A DNA stretch of 56,911 bases from a virus (taxonomy: Duplodnaviria; Caudoviricetes). Below, in pieces: positions 1 through 9,484 of this stretch; within the stretch, counting starts at the first letter, position 1; each line of letters begins with the position of its first letter. Both the position numbers and the translations under genes were made by a program. Under the pieces are notes generated by a model. That model did no database searches and had not been told where the DNA came from. It was given only the letters and a program-made list of their open reading frames with translations. The DNA is taken from the IMG/VR virus record IMGVR_UViG_3300023179_000128, positions 1 through 56,911 of that record, one strand, 5' to 3'.

Positions 1-492
1 TTTGATGGTGTTTATAATATTATAAGATGGATGCCTACTATTTACAAAGATAAAGATTGGGATGATTATTATATCACTAAAATACTTCAAAAGAAAATTG
101 AACATCAAAGAAAGTATTTAGTTGAAGCAAATCGTCATACACAAGTAGATCAAGATAATTATTGGATGACAGTTGTACTTAATTTAATTGAACGTGAACA
201 TGAAGAATATTATGGATGTGAATATATGGATTATATTAAACGAGATATGATATTTACACCAATAGAAGGTACAGATTCAAGCTCACTTGATTTTGAAACT
301 AAATGGGAGAATTTAGATGAGTACCTTAACAAATACCCAGGTATAAAATATAGAGTAATTAGAGAAAATAAAGGAATAGATTTTACAGAAAAAGATAGAT
401 TGGCTATGTATATGGCTCAATATAGACAACGTAAATGTAGAAAATTAATATTTGAAATTTTAAAAAATAAATCCATCTATTGGTGGGATTAA
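1..492 (+). CDS. Hypothetical phage protein, 5'-truncated by the window edge
   Basis: Frame is open from base 1 (FDGVYNIIRW then MPTIYKDKDWD); stop at 492. Confidence 0.7.
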   Translation, partial: FDGVYNIIRWMPTIYKDKDWDDYYITKILQKKIEHQRKYLVEANRHTQVDQDNYWMTVVLNLIEREHEEYYGCEYMDYIKRDMIFTPIEGTDSSSLDFETKWENLDEYLNKYPGIKYRVIRENKGIDFTEKDRLAMYMAQYRQRKCRKLIFEILKNKSIYWWD

Positions 493-504
493 AACTAAAG
501 AGTT

Positions 505-678
505 ATGACAACAGTTTTTATTACCATGTTTGTACTTGTAGCTATACTTTCATATGCATGGGTGAAAGGAATTAGCAACATGAAAAAAAATCATCCTGAT
601 TATAAAGGAGAAGAATTTCTTAATTGGGATAGAAAAAATGATGATTGGGATAAAACCCATACTGAAGGAGATCTTTAA
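505..678 (+). CDS. Small membrane protein (57 aa), missing from ORF track
   Basis: Manual translation MTTVFITMFVLVAILSYAWVKG...EGDL*; N-terminal hydrophobic helix; fills the intergenic gap. Confidence 0.7.
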   Translation: MTTVFITMFVLVAILSYAWVKGISNMKKNHPDYKGEEFLNWDRKNDDWDKTHTEGDL

Positions 679-679
679 T

Positions 680-904
680 ATGGAATTAAAACCAGTATAT
701 CCAAAAGACGATCCTGAGTATAGAAAACAAGTACTAGAGGAGTTTTATAAGAAAGTTAGGAATACAAGATGGGATGACATTGATGAAGATACTCCTAGAA
801 AACCAAGAGGTAGAAAACCTAAAGTAGTTGAGAAACCAGTTTCAAAAGCTAGAACTAAGAGTGAACAACAAGCAGCAAATAAATTTTTTAATTATAATAA
901 ATAA
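680..904 (+). CDS. Hypothetical basic protein with PRGRKPK motif
   Basis: Start more likely ATG 680, right after the upstream stop, than 638. Confidence 0.65.
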   Translation: MELKPVYPKDDPEYRKQVLEEFYKKVRNTRWDDIDEDTPRKPRGRKPKVVEKPVSKARTKSEQQAANKFFNYNK

Positions 905-907
905 AAT

Positions 908-1159
908 ATGGCTAGTATAAGTATTGATGTTGATATAGAAGAGGTGTTATGGGGAATGAGTGATCGTGAGAAACAAAAATTAGTAGATGAACTTTATGAT
1001 GATGGATTTACTCCTAAAGAATTAGAGAAAAAATTAGATCCACCTACACATGCTGCTGAAAGTATATTTAATGAAGCCTTAGATAAAATAAAAGGTAAAT
1101 GGAATATGTTAACAGAGGAAGAAGAACAAATAATTATTAATATATCAAAACGTTTTTAA
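908..1159 (+). CDS. Hypothetical protein
   Basis: Tightly packed ORF. Confidence 0.7.
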   Translation: MASISIDVDIEEVLWGMSDREKQKLVDELYDDGFTPKELEKKLDPPTHAAESIFNEALDKIKGKWNMLTEEEEQIIINISKRF

Positions 1160-1160
1160 C

Positions 1161-1430
1161 ATGATACAATTTTTTATTAAGCATTCTAAAGAATTAACTA
1201 TAGCGGGTGCATTGTCAGTATTAACTATATGTTATTTTCAACAACGTGAATTAACCAAATTAAGAACCGAGACACAAACTCAAACTCAAATTATTGACTC
1301 ATTAATTGGTGAGAATTTTAATAGTAGAGTTGAAGCTGGTAGGTATGAATTAACTTTAGATCATTTAAAAGAAGTTAATCCTAAAGTAGGAAAAGAAATG
1401 GAAGAGTGGATGTCACACGAAACCGAATAA
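1161..1430 (+). CDS. Hypothetical membrane-anchored coiled-coil protein
   Basis: N-terminal hydrophobic segment then a helical region. Confidence 0.6.
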   Translation: MIQFFIKHSKELTIAGALSVLTICYFQQRELTKLRTETQTQTQIIDSLIGENFNSRVEAGRYELTLDHLKEVNPKVGKEMEEWMSHETE

Positions 1431-1431
1431 A

Positions 1432-1857
1432 ATGAAAAAAATATTATTAGTATTATTACTATTAATTAGTAATATCTCATTTAGTCAAAAAGTAGTTACA
1501 TTAGATGAATTTATCATAGAATGGAAAGGTGTTCCTTATCGTTTAGGTGGTCATTCAAAAACAGGTATTGATTGTTCTCAATTCACTAAACGTTTATATA
1601 AAGATGTTTATAATAAACAATTAGAGAATGTAGCTTGGAGACAATGGAACCAAACAAAACGAGTGTCTAAAGCTAGTTTAGAAGTAGGTGATATAGTATT
1701 CTTTGATAGTAAAATTTCACCATCAGGATGGCATTGTGGAATTTATATTGGTAATAACAAATTTGTTCATTCATCTAATAGAAGAGAAGGAGTAAAGATA
1801 AGTGATTTAAGTGAATATCCTTATAACAGAAGTTATAAAGGTGCTGGGAGACTTTAA
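1432..1857 (+). CDS. NlpC/P60 (C40) cell-wall peptidase with signal peptide
   Basis: GVPYRLGG, GIDCSQF (catalytic Cys), GDIVFF, HCGIY, FVHS; MKKILLVLLLL leader. Confidence 0.9.
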   Translation: MKKILLVLLLLISNISFSQKVVTLDEFIIEWKGVPYRLGGHSKTGIDCSQFTKRLYKDVYNKQLENVAWRQWNQTKRVSKASLEVGDIVFFDSKISPSGWHCGIYIGNNKFVHSSNRREGVKISDLSEYPYNRSYKGAGRL

Positions 1858-1878
1858 TATATTTAAAATAAAAAGGTT

Positions 1879-2730
1879 ATGAATATACATTATGATATTA
1901 ACTCTGAAACAGGGTTAATGAGTTTAAAATTTAAAAAAACTATTCTAGATCCATTAGGTGATAATAAGGAAATATTTGAAAAATATATTCTTCCTATGTT
2001 AGCCATGAATGAGAAATTTGTATTAACAGGTAGTTTATCTCTTAAATTATTAGGTTTTGAACCTATGGATAAAGTAGGTGATTTTGACTTTGGTCTATTA
2101 GATACATTTACTGAAGAAGAGTATGTATCATTAAAGAATTTCTTTAACTTACATGACACAGTTCATGGATATGGTCGTGAAGCGTTTCCTCAAGAAATTA
2201 CTCCTAAACCACAATTTTATCCTAAAGCCCATATGTGGCAGTTTTCTAAACGATGGAGTGAACCAGTTGATGCTGATTTAGCTAAAGAATTATTTTTTAA
2301 AATGGATATCTTTAATGATGAAATGCTTCGTAAAAAAGATATTATTACAATTTATTATGATGAATTTCCAGTTAGATTAGTTCATCCAAGTATTACTTTA
2401 AGTTATAGAATGAGATATGCTTTAGATGTTAGATCAAGTACAACATTTAAATATTGGGAAAAAATGAAAGCATTTATGGATAATGCTAAGTCATATTATA
2501 ATCAAATTAGAGCAATAGCTAAAATGCAAGCTCGTATTCATGAACATAATGCTAATATTGAAGGTGATAAAGGCAAAATAGCGTATCTTAAAAATTTAAT
2601 TAATACAAGAGAAGCAAACGCTGAAAGTTTTTTTGAAAAAGTATTTAATGAAACACTTGATCCATTTACTTTAATAATAGAAAAAGAACAAGAAGAATTT
2701 ACTAAACAACGAAACGCAAATGGTAAATAA
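1879..2730 (+). CDS. Nucleotidyltransferase-fold protein (Pol beta superfamily-like)
   Basis: FVLTGSLSL...GDFD plus later MDIF matches hG[GS]-x-DhD...D. Confidence 0.55.
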   Translation: MNIHYDINSETGLMSLKFKKTILDPLGDNKEIFEKYILPMLAMNEKFVLTGSLSLKLLGFEPMDKVGDFDFGLLDTFTEEEYVSLKNFFNLHDTVHGYGREAFPQEITPKPQFYPKAHMWQFSKRWSEPVDADLAKELFFKMDIFNDEMLRKKDIITIYYDEFPVRLVHPSITLSYRMRYALDVRSSTTFKYWEKMKAFMDNAKSYYNQIRAIAKMQARIHEHNANIEGDKGKIAYLKNLINTREANAESFFEKVFNETLDPFTLIIEKEQEEFTKQRNANGK

Positions 2731-2763
2731 CATAGATAAACAATACCATTATCAAACTAGGTT

Positions 2764-3024
2764 ATGAAACAAATACTATTAGTATTAGCAACATGTTTAT
2801 TAACGTCATGTTGGACAGCACACCCATTAAGATGTCATAAAACAACTTCACTCAAAGTTGAAGTAATATGTGTAGCACCTGGTGAAAATGACATGTGTAT
2901 CTATTCACTTAAAGGAATTAAGGGTAGTGGATTAAAAGGACGTTTCTACATAATAGACAACAATAACAAGTATGTATTGGGGACACGGTTTAAATTATTA
3001 TTATTAAAAACAGAACAACTATGA
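2764..3024 (+). CDS. Putative lipoprotein
   Basis: MKQILLVLATCLLTSC lipobox-like leader. Confidence 0.55.
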   Translation: MKQILLVLATCLLTSCWTAHPLRCHKTTSLKVEVICVAPGENDMCIYSLKGIKGSGLKGRFYIIDNNNKYVLGTRFKLLLLKTEQL

Positions 3025-3605
3025 GAAAATTATTATTTATTTTATTGCTAATACCAGTTTTAGCGACAGCACAATTAAGAGATTCAGTTAAAATAAATGC
3101 TGGGATTTATGAAGCTATTTATAGTGAAAAATTAGAAAGTCCATTATTAGTTAAATATACTGTGTTATGTCCTAATGGAACAGCGTCTAGAGCAGGAATG
3201 GATTTTTATACTAACGACTCAGTTAAGACATCCAGTAATGAAGACTATATTAAAAATGAGTGGGACAAAGGACATATGGCCCCAGCAGCTGATTTTAATT
3301 GTGATAAAGAGATGTTATATAAAACATTTAGTTATTTAAACTGCGCTTTACAAAACCAATATTTGAATAGGGGAGTGTGGCGTATGCTTGAGTTACAAGA
3401 ACGAGAATACGCTAAAAAAGAACCGACCACAGTTATTATAAAAGTTATATTTAGTAAAACTAGTTATAAACTACCAACTGGAGCAACTGTACCGGACGGT
3501 TTTTTTAAAATTATACAATTAGAAAAATCAGGTAAAACAATTAAGTTTTATTTCCCAAACATAACTCCTACAAAAGAAAAATATACAGACTACGAGATTA
3601 AATGA
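3021..3605 (+). CDS. DNA/RNA non-specific endonuclease (NucA/EndoG type) with signal peptide
   Basis: WDKGHMAPAAD, NCALQ...LNRGVWRMLE, VPDGFFK; signal peptide ending ATA-Q. Confidence 0.9.
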   Translation: MRKLLFILLLIPVLATAQLRDSVKINAGIYEAIYSEKLESPLLVKYTVLCPNGTASRAGMDFYTNDSVKTSSNEDYIKNEWDKGHMAPAADFNCDKEMLYKTFSYLNCALQNQYLNRGVWRMLELQEREYAKKEPTTVIIKVIFSKTSYKLPTGATVPDGFFKIIQLEKSGKTIKFYFPNITPTKEKYTDYEIK

Positions 3606-3628
3606 CCCAAGTAGATTACTTATATTTA
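3603..3628 (+). promoter_or_regulatory. TGACC-N13-TAWMTTTA element
   Basis: TGACC caagtagattact TATATTTA; TGA is the upstream stop. Confidence 0.65.
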
Positions 3629-3632
3629 AGTT

Positions 3633-4391
3633 ATGAAAACAGTAGTATTAGGTGACACACATGGTCGCTCATTTTGGAAATTAATAGTTAATATAGAAAA
3701 TCCAGACAGGATTATTTTTATTGGAGATTATTTTGATTCGTTTGATATTAAAGGAGAAGAACAAATAAACAATTTCCTTGATATAATTGAATACAAAAAA
3801 TCAAGTAGTAAGGAAATTATCTTACTGATTGGTAATCATGATTATCACTACATGAGAGGAATTACAGAAGATTACTCAGGTTATAAAGCACATCTAAGAC
3901 CACAAATTGAATTTTTATTAGAAGAAAATAAACAACATCTTCAGATGGCTTACCAAATGGATGAATTTTTATTTAGCCATGCTGGTGTGAGTAGTAAATT
4001 TATGGATTCTGTATTTGGAAAGGATGGATGGAAAGTAGAAAATATAGTTGATTTATTAAATGAACAATTTAAATATAAACCATTAACATTTGGTTTTGGA
4101 TTAGCCGTTGATATAAATAAAGCATTTTATTTAGATCCATATGGTGATAATGAAGAACAGTCTCCAATTTGGATTAGACCTAGATCATTAATGGCAGTCA
4201 ATAAGAAACATGATAAAGGATTAAAGAAAAAATATATTCAAATAGTAGGACATACTCAAGTAAATAAATTAGATTTAGTAGGTGCTCAAAAAGCAGCTGG
4301 TGGAAGATACTATTTAATTGATTGTTTAGGAACAAGTGGTGAATATATGATTATTGAAAATGGTTTTATAAATAAAGGTTCTATTAGATAA
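3633..4391 (+). CDS. Calcineurin-like metallophosphoesterase
   Basis: GDTHG, GDYFD, GNHD, HAG and GHT motifs. Confidence 0.9.
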   Translation: MKTVVLGDTHGRSFWKLIVNIENPDRIIFIGDYFDSFDIKGEEQINNFLDIIEYKKSSSKEIILLIGNHDYHYMRGITEDYSGYKAHLRPQIEFLLEENKQHLQMAYQMDEFLFSHAGVSSKFMDSVFGKDGWKVENIVDLLNEQFKYKPLTFGFGLAVDINKAFYLDPYGDNEEQSPIWIRPRSLMAVNKKHDKGLKKKYIQIVGHTQVNKLDLVGAQKAAGGRYYLIDCLGTSGEYMIIENGFINKGSIR

Positions 4392-4600
4392 TGGCTAAGA
4401 AAAAGAAAAAAGAAGAAAAACGAGATTGGTTCATTGTTATGAACTCACAATTAGAATATTTTTGTGGGATGGCTTATGGTGGTCAATTAGTATGGTGTAG
4501 TGATTATAATGAAGCGAAACCTTTGGACCACCCAAATAAATTTAATACCTTAAAATATCTCTGTTATAACGAGGAATTAATAATGGATTATATAAAATAA
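4391..4600 (+). CDS. Hypothetical protein
   Basis: Overlapping stop/start with upstream gene. Confidence 0.65.
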   Translation: MAKKKKKEEKRDWFIVMNSQLEYFCGMAYGGQLVWCSDYNEAKPLDHPNKFNTLKYLCYNEELIMDYIK

Positions 4601-4603
4601 ATT

Positions 4604-5491
4604 ATGAGCAAACAACATACATTATGGGTTGAAAAATTTAGACCCGATACGTTGGAAGGTTATTTAGGTAATGAAGAGTTTATTAATGGTCTACAAGAGT
4701 GGATTGGTAAAAATGATTTTCCTAATTTATTACTTCATGGTCCTGCTGGTACAGGTAAGACAACAGCTGCTAAATTAGTAGTTAAAAATATTAATTGTGA
4801 TTTTATATATTTGAATTGTAGTGATGAGAATGGTATTGATACAATTAGAGATAAAGTAAAACAATTCGCTTCAGGTGCTACATTTAAACCACTTAAAGTT
4901 GTTATATTAGATGAAGCTGATTTCTTAACTATAAACGCTCAAGCAGCACTTAGGAATGTTATTGAATCATTTAGTTTAACTACTAGGTTTATATTCACTT
5001 GTAATTTTACAGAACGTATTATTGATCCATTGCAATCCAGATTAACATCATTCCATTTAATCACACCTGAACCAAAACAAATAGCTAAACATTTAAAAGG
5101 TATATTAGAACAAGAACAAGTAGAATTTGAAGTAAATGATCTAGTCAATATTGTTAAAAAAACTTATCCTGATATTAGACGTGCGTTAAATATATTGCAA
5201 AGCAGCATTAATAAAGGTAAATTAACACCTAAAAATATAACTGACAATAATTATACTGATCAAATTATAGCTGAAGTAAAATCAGGTAAAAAACAGGCAT
5301 TTAATAGTGTTAGACAGATTATAGCTGACAATAACATTTCAGATTTTACAGGTATATATAAAGAATTACATAATGCTTTATCAACACCTGAAGCAACTAT
5401 AGTGATAGAAGAATATTTATTTCATTCAACTACTATTCCAGACAAAGAAATTTGTTTTTGCGGATGTGTAGCTAAACTTTTAAACATATAA
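4604..5491 (+). CDS. gp44: Sliding clamp loader AAA+ subunit (T4 gp44/RFC-like)
   Basis: LWVEKFRP, GPAGTGKTT Walker A, ILDEAD Walker B, PLQSR, DIRRALN. Confidence 0.93.
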   Translation: MSKQHTLWVEKFRPDTLEGYLGNEEFINGLQEWIGKNDFPNLLLHGPAGTGKTTAAKLVVKNINCDFIYLNCSDENGIDTIRDKVKQFASGATFKPLKVVILDEADFLTINAQAALRNVIESFSLTTRFIFTCNFTERIIDPLQSRLTSFHLITPEPKQIAKHLKGILEQEQVEFEVNDLVNIVKKTYPDIRRALNILQSSINKGKLTPKNITDNNYTDQIIAEVKSGKKQAFNSVRQIIADNNISDFTGIYKELHNALSTPEATIVIEEYLFHSTTIPDKEICFCGCVAKLLNI

Positions 5492-5492
5492 T

Positions 5493-5723
5493 ATGAACCA
5501 AGAACAACCGAGACTAAACATCTCATTAGACAAAACAGCAGAAATTACATGTGATGAATGTGGTCATAATGTATTCCAAGAAGGATTAATGCTTAGAAAA
5601 GCAAGTAAATTTTTAACAGGTACTCCACAAGATGCTCTTATTCCATTACCAGTATTTAGTTGTTCTAAATGTGGTCATGTTAATACAGAGTTTTTACCTG
5701 AACCACTTAAACCAACTGAATAG
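5493..5723 (+). CDS. Small zinc-ribbon protein
   Basis: CDEC...CSKC. Confidence 0.7.
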   Translation: MNQEQPRLNISLDKTAEITCDECGHNVFQEGLMLRKASKFLTGTPQDALIPLPVFSCSKCGHVNTEFLPEPLKPTE

Positions 5724-6130
5724 TGACATTATTTGATTGGTTAAATGAAATAACATATAGTAAGCGTCCATGGGATAGCTTTACTGATGAAGATAAAAAT
5801 GAGTTTAATCTATATATGATTAATCGTTTCATCAGTATGGAACCTGCTTATATTAATGTTGTTAATTTAATTCAACGATACCCTAACTGTTCAAACAGAT
5901 GGGTTTATAAATTCTACTGTGATATGTTACCTAAAAAGAAATCATTCTTTAGGTATATTAAATCCAAAATTAAATGGGATAAAGAAACAGTAGATAAAAT
6001 AGCTGATTATTATAAATGTAGTACTAGAGAAGCTAAGGAATATATTAGTGTACTTAGAGATGATCAATTAGAAGATATACTTAACGTGGGGACGTCAAGT
6101 ACAAATAAAAAAAGGAGAAACAAAAAATGA
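5723..6130 (+). CDS. gp62: Clamp loader small subunit (T4 gp62-like)
   Basis: LFDWLNEI, YMINRFISM, IADYYKCSTREAKEY; adjacent to gp44-like gene. Confidence 0.75.
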   Translation: MTLFDWLNEITYSKRPWDSFTDEDKNEFNLYMINRFISMEPAYINVVNLIQRYPNCSNRWVYKFYCDMLPKKKSFFRYIKSKIKWDKETVDKIADYYKCSTREAKEYISVLRDDQLEDILNVGTSSTNKKRRNKK

Positions 6131-6468
6131 GTACATTTATCTTAGGCGTTTCAGCTGCTATAGTGGTTGGGATGTTTGTTTGGTTCACAATTGATACTAT
6201 TAAACAGTTAAAAAGGATCAAGCAATTAGAAACACAAAAAAGTCAGTTATGGAGTGAAATTGAAAACCGTTGCAATTCAATTGAACGTATGTTAGACCAA
6301 ATGATTCGAGATGTAAACAGTCGAGTAGATGAAAATTACAGCTACACTGATTCACGACTTGATAAAATGGTTAACATGATTGAACGTGATTATGTTACAA
6401 AGAAAAACAAATTAGACAATTCAATAGATTATAACAATTAATAATTAACTTGGCGTCCCCCATTAAGT
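6079..6468 (+). repeat. Long-range inverted repeat enclosing ORF 6127-6441
   Basis: GGGGACGTCAAGT (6088-6100) pairs with ACTTGGCGTCCCC (6448-6460), 13 bp with one G-U; plus ACTTAA 6079-84 / TTAAGT 6463-68. Confidence 0.75.
6127..6441 (+). CDS. Membrane-anchored coiled-coil protein flanked by inverted repeats
   Basis: N-terminal TM helix; flanks pair with each other (see repeat feature). Confidence 0.7.
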   Translation: MSTFILGVSAAIVVGMFVWFTIDTIKQLKRIKQLETQKSQLWSEIENRCNSIERMLDQMIRDVNSRVDENYSYTDSRLDKMVNMIERDYVTKKNKLDNSIDYNN

Positions 6469-6480
6469 TACTTATATTTA
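6450..6480 (+). promoter_or_regulatory. Bacteroidota-type promoter without TGACC box
   Basis: TTGG at 6450 and TATATTTA at 6473 (23-nt offset); same geometry at 21367/21390. Confidence 0.55.
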
Positions 6481-6498
6481 AATTATAAAATTATTCAT

Positions 6499-6858
6499 AT
6501 GGGATCAATAACATCAATGTGTCGTGATTTAGAAGACGACAATAAAGGTTTATCACGATGTGCTGAAGAAGTACCTAAACACAAGTATGCTATGGAAGAT
6601 AAAACTGATGATAAAATAACAGAAGCTGTAGTAGCTGATTTACGTTTACGTAGTAAGGTAGGTATTAAAAAATATAATACAACTTTAGATAAGAATAATA
6701 AAGATGATTATATGATTCATTTATATCAAGAATTACTTGATGCTGCTCAATATGCTAAAAAGGAGATGTCATTTATTCCTATGATAAAACAAATGATTAA
6801 AGATTATCCTAATGACATGGAATTAGGTAAAAAAATAAGAGAAACATTTAATGGCTAA
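6499..6858 (+). CDS. Hypothetical helical protein, possibly NTP-pyrophosphohydrolase-like
   Basis: GIKKYNTTL...HLYQELLDAAQY pattern. Confidence 0.45.
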   Translation: MGSITSMCRDLEDDNKGLSRCAEEVPKHKYAMEDKTDDKITEAVVADLRLRSKVGIKKYNTTLDKNNKDDYMIHLYQELLDAAQYAKKEMSFIPMIKQMIKDYPNDMELGKKIRETFNG

Positions 6859-7792
6859 GCTAAAACTAACTGAGATTGAACTTAAGATAAAAACAACTAC
6901 TCCAAAAGAAGTTGATTACAGATACCAAGGTACAGTATCTTACTCTCAGTACTCAATATGGCGTAAATGTCCTCATCAATGGTATTTAAATTATTTTAAA
7001 GGTTTATCTACCTATTCACAATCAATTCATACTATATTTGGAACTTCAATTCATGAAGCACTTCAACATTATTTAAAAGTAATGTATGCTGAAAGTGGAG
7101 CAGCTGCTGATAGAGAAGATATAATCACTATATTTAAAGATAAATTTAGAATATTATATAAGGAAGAATTTGAGCGAACTAAACAACATTTTTCATCACC
7201 AGATGAGATGAAAGAGTTTCATGATGATGGAGTTACTATATTAGAGTATTTTAAAAAACATCGTAATCAATTTTTCTCAACTCGTAATGTAGTGTTGTTA
7301 GGTATTGAAATGCCTTTAATGGTTGGATTATCTAAAAATTTATTTTTAAAAGGTTATATTGACTTTGTTTTATATGATAAAGATTTAGATAAAGTTTATA
7401 TCTATGATATTAAAACAAGTAGACAGGGTTGGGGTGACAAGGATAAAAAAGATAGTATTAAAATATCTCAATTATTACTTTATAAAGAATACTTCTCTAA
7501 ACAATATAACATTGATGTAGATAAAATTGAAGTTGAGTTCTTTATTGTTAAACGTAAGGTATGGGACAGTCCAGATTTTGTTATACCACGTATTCAATCA
7601 TTTAAACCAGCAGCAGGCAAAATTAAAAGAAAACAAGCAGCTGAAGCATTTAGTGCTTTCTTAAATGAATGTTTTAATACTGAGGGTAAAATGGTAGATA
7701 AAGAATATTCTAAAATAGTAAGTAAATCATCTTGTACTTACTGTCCATTCAATAATGATAAAACACTTTGCGATAAAAATGTCGCTTTATAA
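6851..7792 (+). CDS. PD-(D/E)XK exonuclease, Cas4/AddB-like with Fe-S cysteines
   Basis: SYSQ...CP, GTSIH, GYID...DIKT, QLLLY, C-terminal CTYCP...C. Confidence 0.85.
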   Translation: MAKLKLTEIELKIKTTTPKEVDYRYQGTVSYSQYSIWRKCPHQWYLNYFKGLSTYSQSIHTIFGTSIHEALQHYLKVMYAESGAAADREDIITIFKDKFRILYKEEFERTKQHFSSPDEMKEFHDDGVTILEYFKKHRNQFFSTRNVVLLGIEMPLMVGLSKNLFLKGYIDFVLYDKDLDKVYIYDIKTSRQGWGDKDKKDSIKISQLLLYKEYFSKQYNIDVDKIEVEFFIVKRKVWDSPDFVIPRIQSFKPAAGKIKRKQAAEAFSAFLNECFNTEGKMVDKEYSKIVSKSSCTYCPFNNDKTLCDKNVAL

Positions 7793-7832
7793 TCTCCGTA
7801 TATATTTATATATGCAATAAAAGCAATATATT

Positions 7833-8027
7833 ATGGACAAAAACAAATTAACAAGTGTAAAAGTAAAAGATGACTTGTTTGAAGAATTTAAAGTGTTATG
7901 TGTTAGAACAAAGTTCTCACTACAGAAGTTAGTAGATAGAAGTATTCATATGTACTTAACAGAAGAGGATTATAGAAAAACAATACACAATCATACAAAT
8001 TTATCAATATCAGGTAGTCAAAGTTAA
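7833..8027 (+). CDS. Ribbon-helix-helix DNA-binding protein
   Basis: LTSVKV strand then two helices (DLFEEFKVLC, SLQKLVDRSIHMYL). Confidence 0.6.
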   Translation: MDKNKLTSVKVKDDLFEEFKVLCVRTKFSLQKLVDRSIHMYLTEEDYRKTIHNHTNLSISGSQS

Positions 8028-8047
8028 AAAAATTAATTAAAACTGTT

Positions 8048-9478
8048 ATGAAAGAAGGTTACGTTCCAAAGGAACAAAGAAAAAAAATTTTATTATTATG
8101 TGATGATATTAGATTCACATCTGGTATTGCTACAATGGCAAGAGAGATAGTAGTAGGTACATCACATAGATTTAATTGGGTAAATTTAGGAGGCGCTATT
8201 AACCACCCAGAACAGGGACAACGCCTCGATATTAGTCAAGACACAAACACACATAATGGTATAACAGATGCTAGTGTATTTCTTTATCCAGTAAATGGAT
8301 ATGGTGACGCTCAAATAGTTAGACAACTAATTGATGCTGAAAAACCAGACGCATTAATGTTTTTCACTGATCCAAGATATTGGATTTGGTTATTCCAAAT
8401 TGAAAATGAGATCAGAAGAAAAATACCTATGATTTATTTAAACATATGGGATGATTATCCCGCTCCATTGTATAATGAATCATATTATGAGTCATGTGAT
8501 GGATTAATGGCTATATCAAAACAAACACTTAATATTAATAAAATAGCTTTAGCTGATAAAATTGAGAATAAAATATTAAGTTATGTACCACATGGTATTA
8601 ATGAAAATGTGTTCTTCCCAATTGATAAAAATAATCCTAAATTAATTGAAGCTAAAAAAGCAATATTCAAAGATAAAGAATATGACTTTGTATTAATGTT
8701 TAACTCAAGAAACATTAGACGTAAATCAATTCCAGATACATTAGCTGCTTTTAAATTATTCTTAGATAAATTACCTAAAGAGAAAGCAGACAAATGTGCT
8801 ATATTATTACATACTCAACCTGTTGATGAACATGGAACTGATTTATACGCGGTACGTGATATGTTATTTAATGAAGAACAATGTTCTCAAATTTATTTCT
8901 CAGATCAACGATTATCATCACCTGATATTAATTTATTATATAATTTAGCTGATGCTGGTATACTATTAAGTTCTAATGAAGGATGGGGATTATCATTAAC
9001 TGAAGCTATGATGTGTGGTAAAATGATTATAGGTAATGTTAGTGGTGGTATGCAAGACCAAATGAGATTTTCTCATAATGGTAAATGGATTGATTTTGAC
9101 GCTGATTTTTGTTCTAATCATTTTGGTACAGTTAAAGACTGTGGTGATTGGGCGATACCAGTATTTCCAAGTAATATAAGTATTCAAGGTTCAGTACCTA
9201 CACCTTATATCTATGATGATAGAGTTGATTTTAGAGATGCAGCTACTGCTATTATGGAAGTATATGAATTAGGAGCTGAAGAAAGAGAACGTAGAGGTAA
9301 ATTAGCTCGTGAGTGGGTTACATCAGAAGAATCAGGTATGTCTGCTTCAAATATGTGTAAAAATGTTATAAAACATGTTGATGAAGTTTTGGCTATCTGG
9401 GAACCAAAACCTAAATTTGAATTTATTAAAACAGAAAAATTAAAAAGAAAACATTTACGTCATAAATTAACATATTAA
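8048..9478 (+). CDS. Glycosyltransferase, GT-B/GT4-like
   Basis: SGIATMARE, VPHGI, RNIRRK, EGWGLSLTEA (EX7E). Confidence 0.9.
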   Translation: MKEGYVPKEQRKKILLLCDDIRFTSGIATMAREIVVGTSHRFNWVNLGGAINHPEQGQRLDISQDTNTHNGITDASVFLYPVNGYGDAQIVRQLIDAEKPDALMFFTDPRYWIWLFQIENEIRRKIPMIYLNIWDDYPAPLYNESYYESCDGLMAISKQTLNINKIALADKIENKILSYVPHGINENVFFPIDKNNPKLIEAKKAIFKDKEYDFVLMFNSRNIRRKSIPDTLAAFKLFLDKLPKEKADKCAILLHTQPVDEHGTDLYAVRDMLFNEEQCSQIYFSDQRLSSPDINLLYNLADAGILLSSNEGWGLSLTEAMMCGKMIIGNVSGGMQDQMRFSHNGKWIDFDADFCSNHFGTVKDCGDWAIPVFPSNISIQGSVPTPYIYDDRVDFRDAATAIMEVYELGAEERERRGKLAREWVTSEESGMSASNMCKNVIKHVDEVLAIWEPKPKFEFIKTEKLKRKHLRHKLTY

Positions 9479-9484
9479 TAAGTT

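Noticed and set aside
6851-7792. Cas4-like nuclease as evidence of a CRISPR system
   Set aside because: No repeat-spacer array or other cas genes in the window; such nucleases are common phage recombination enzymes
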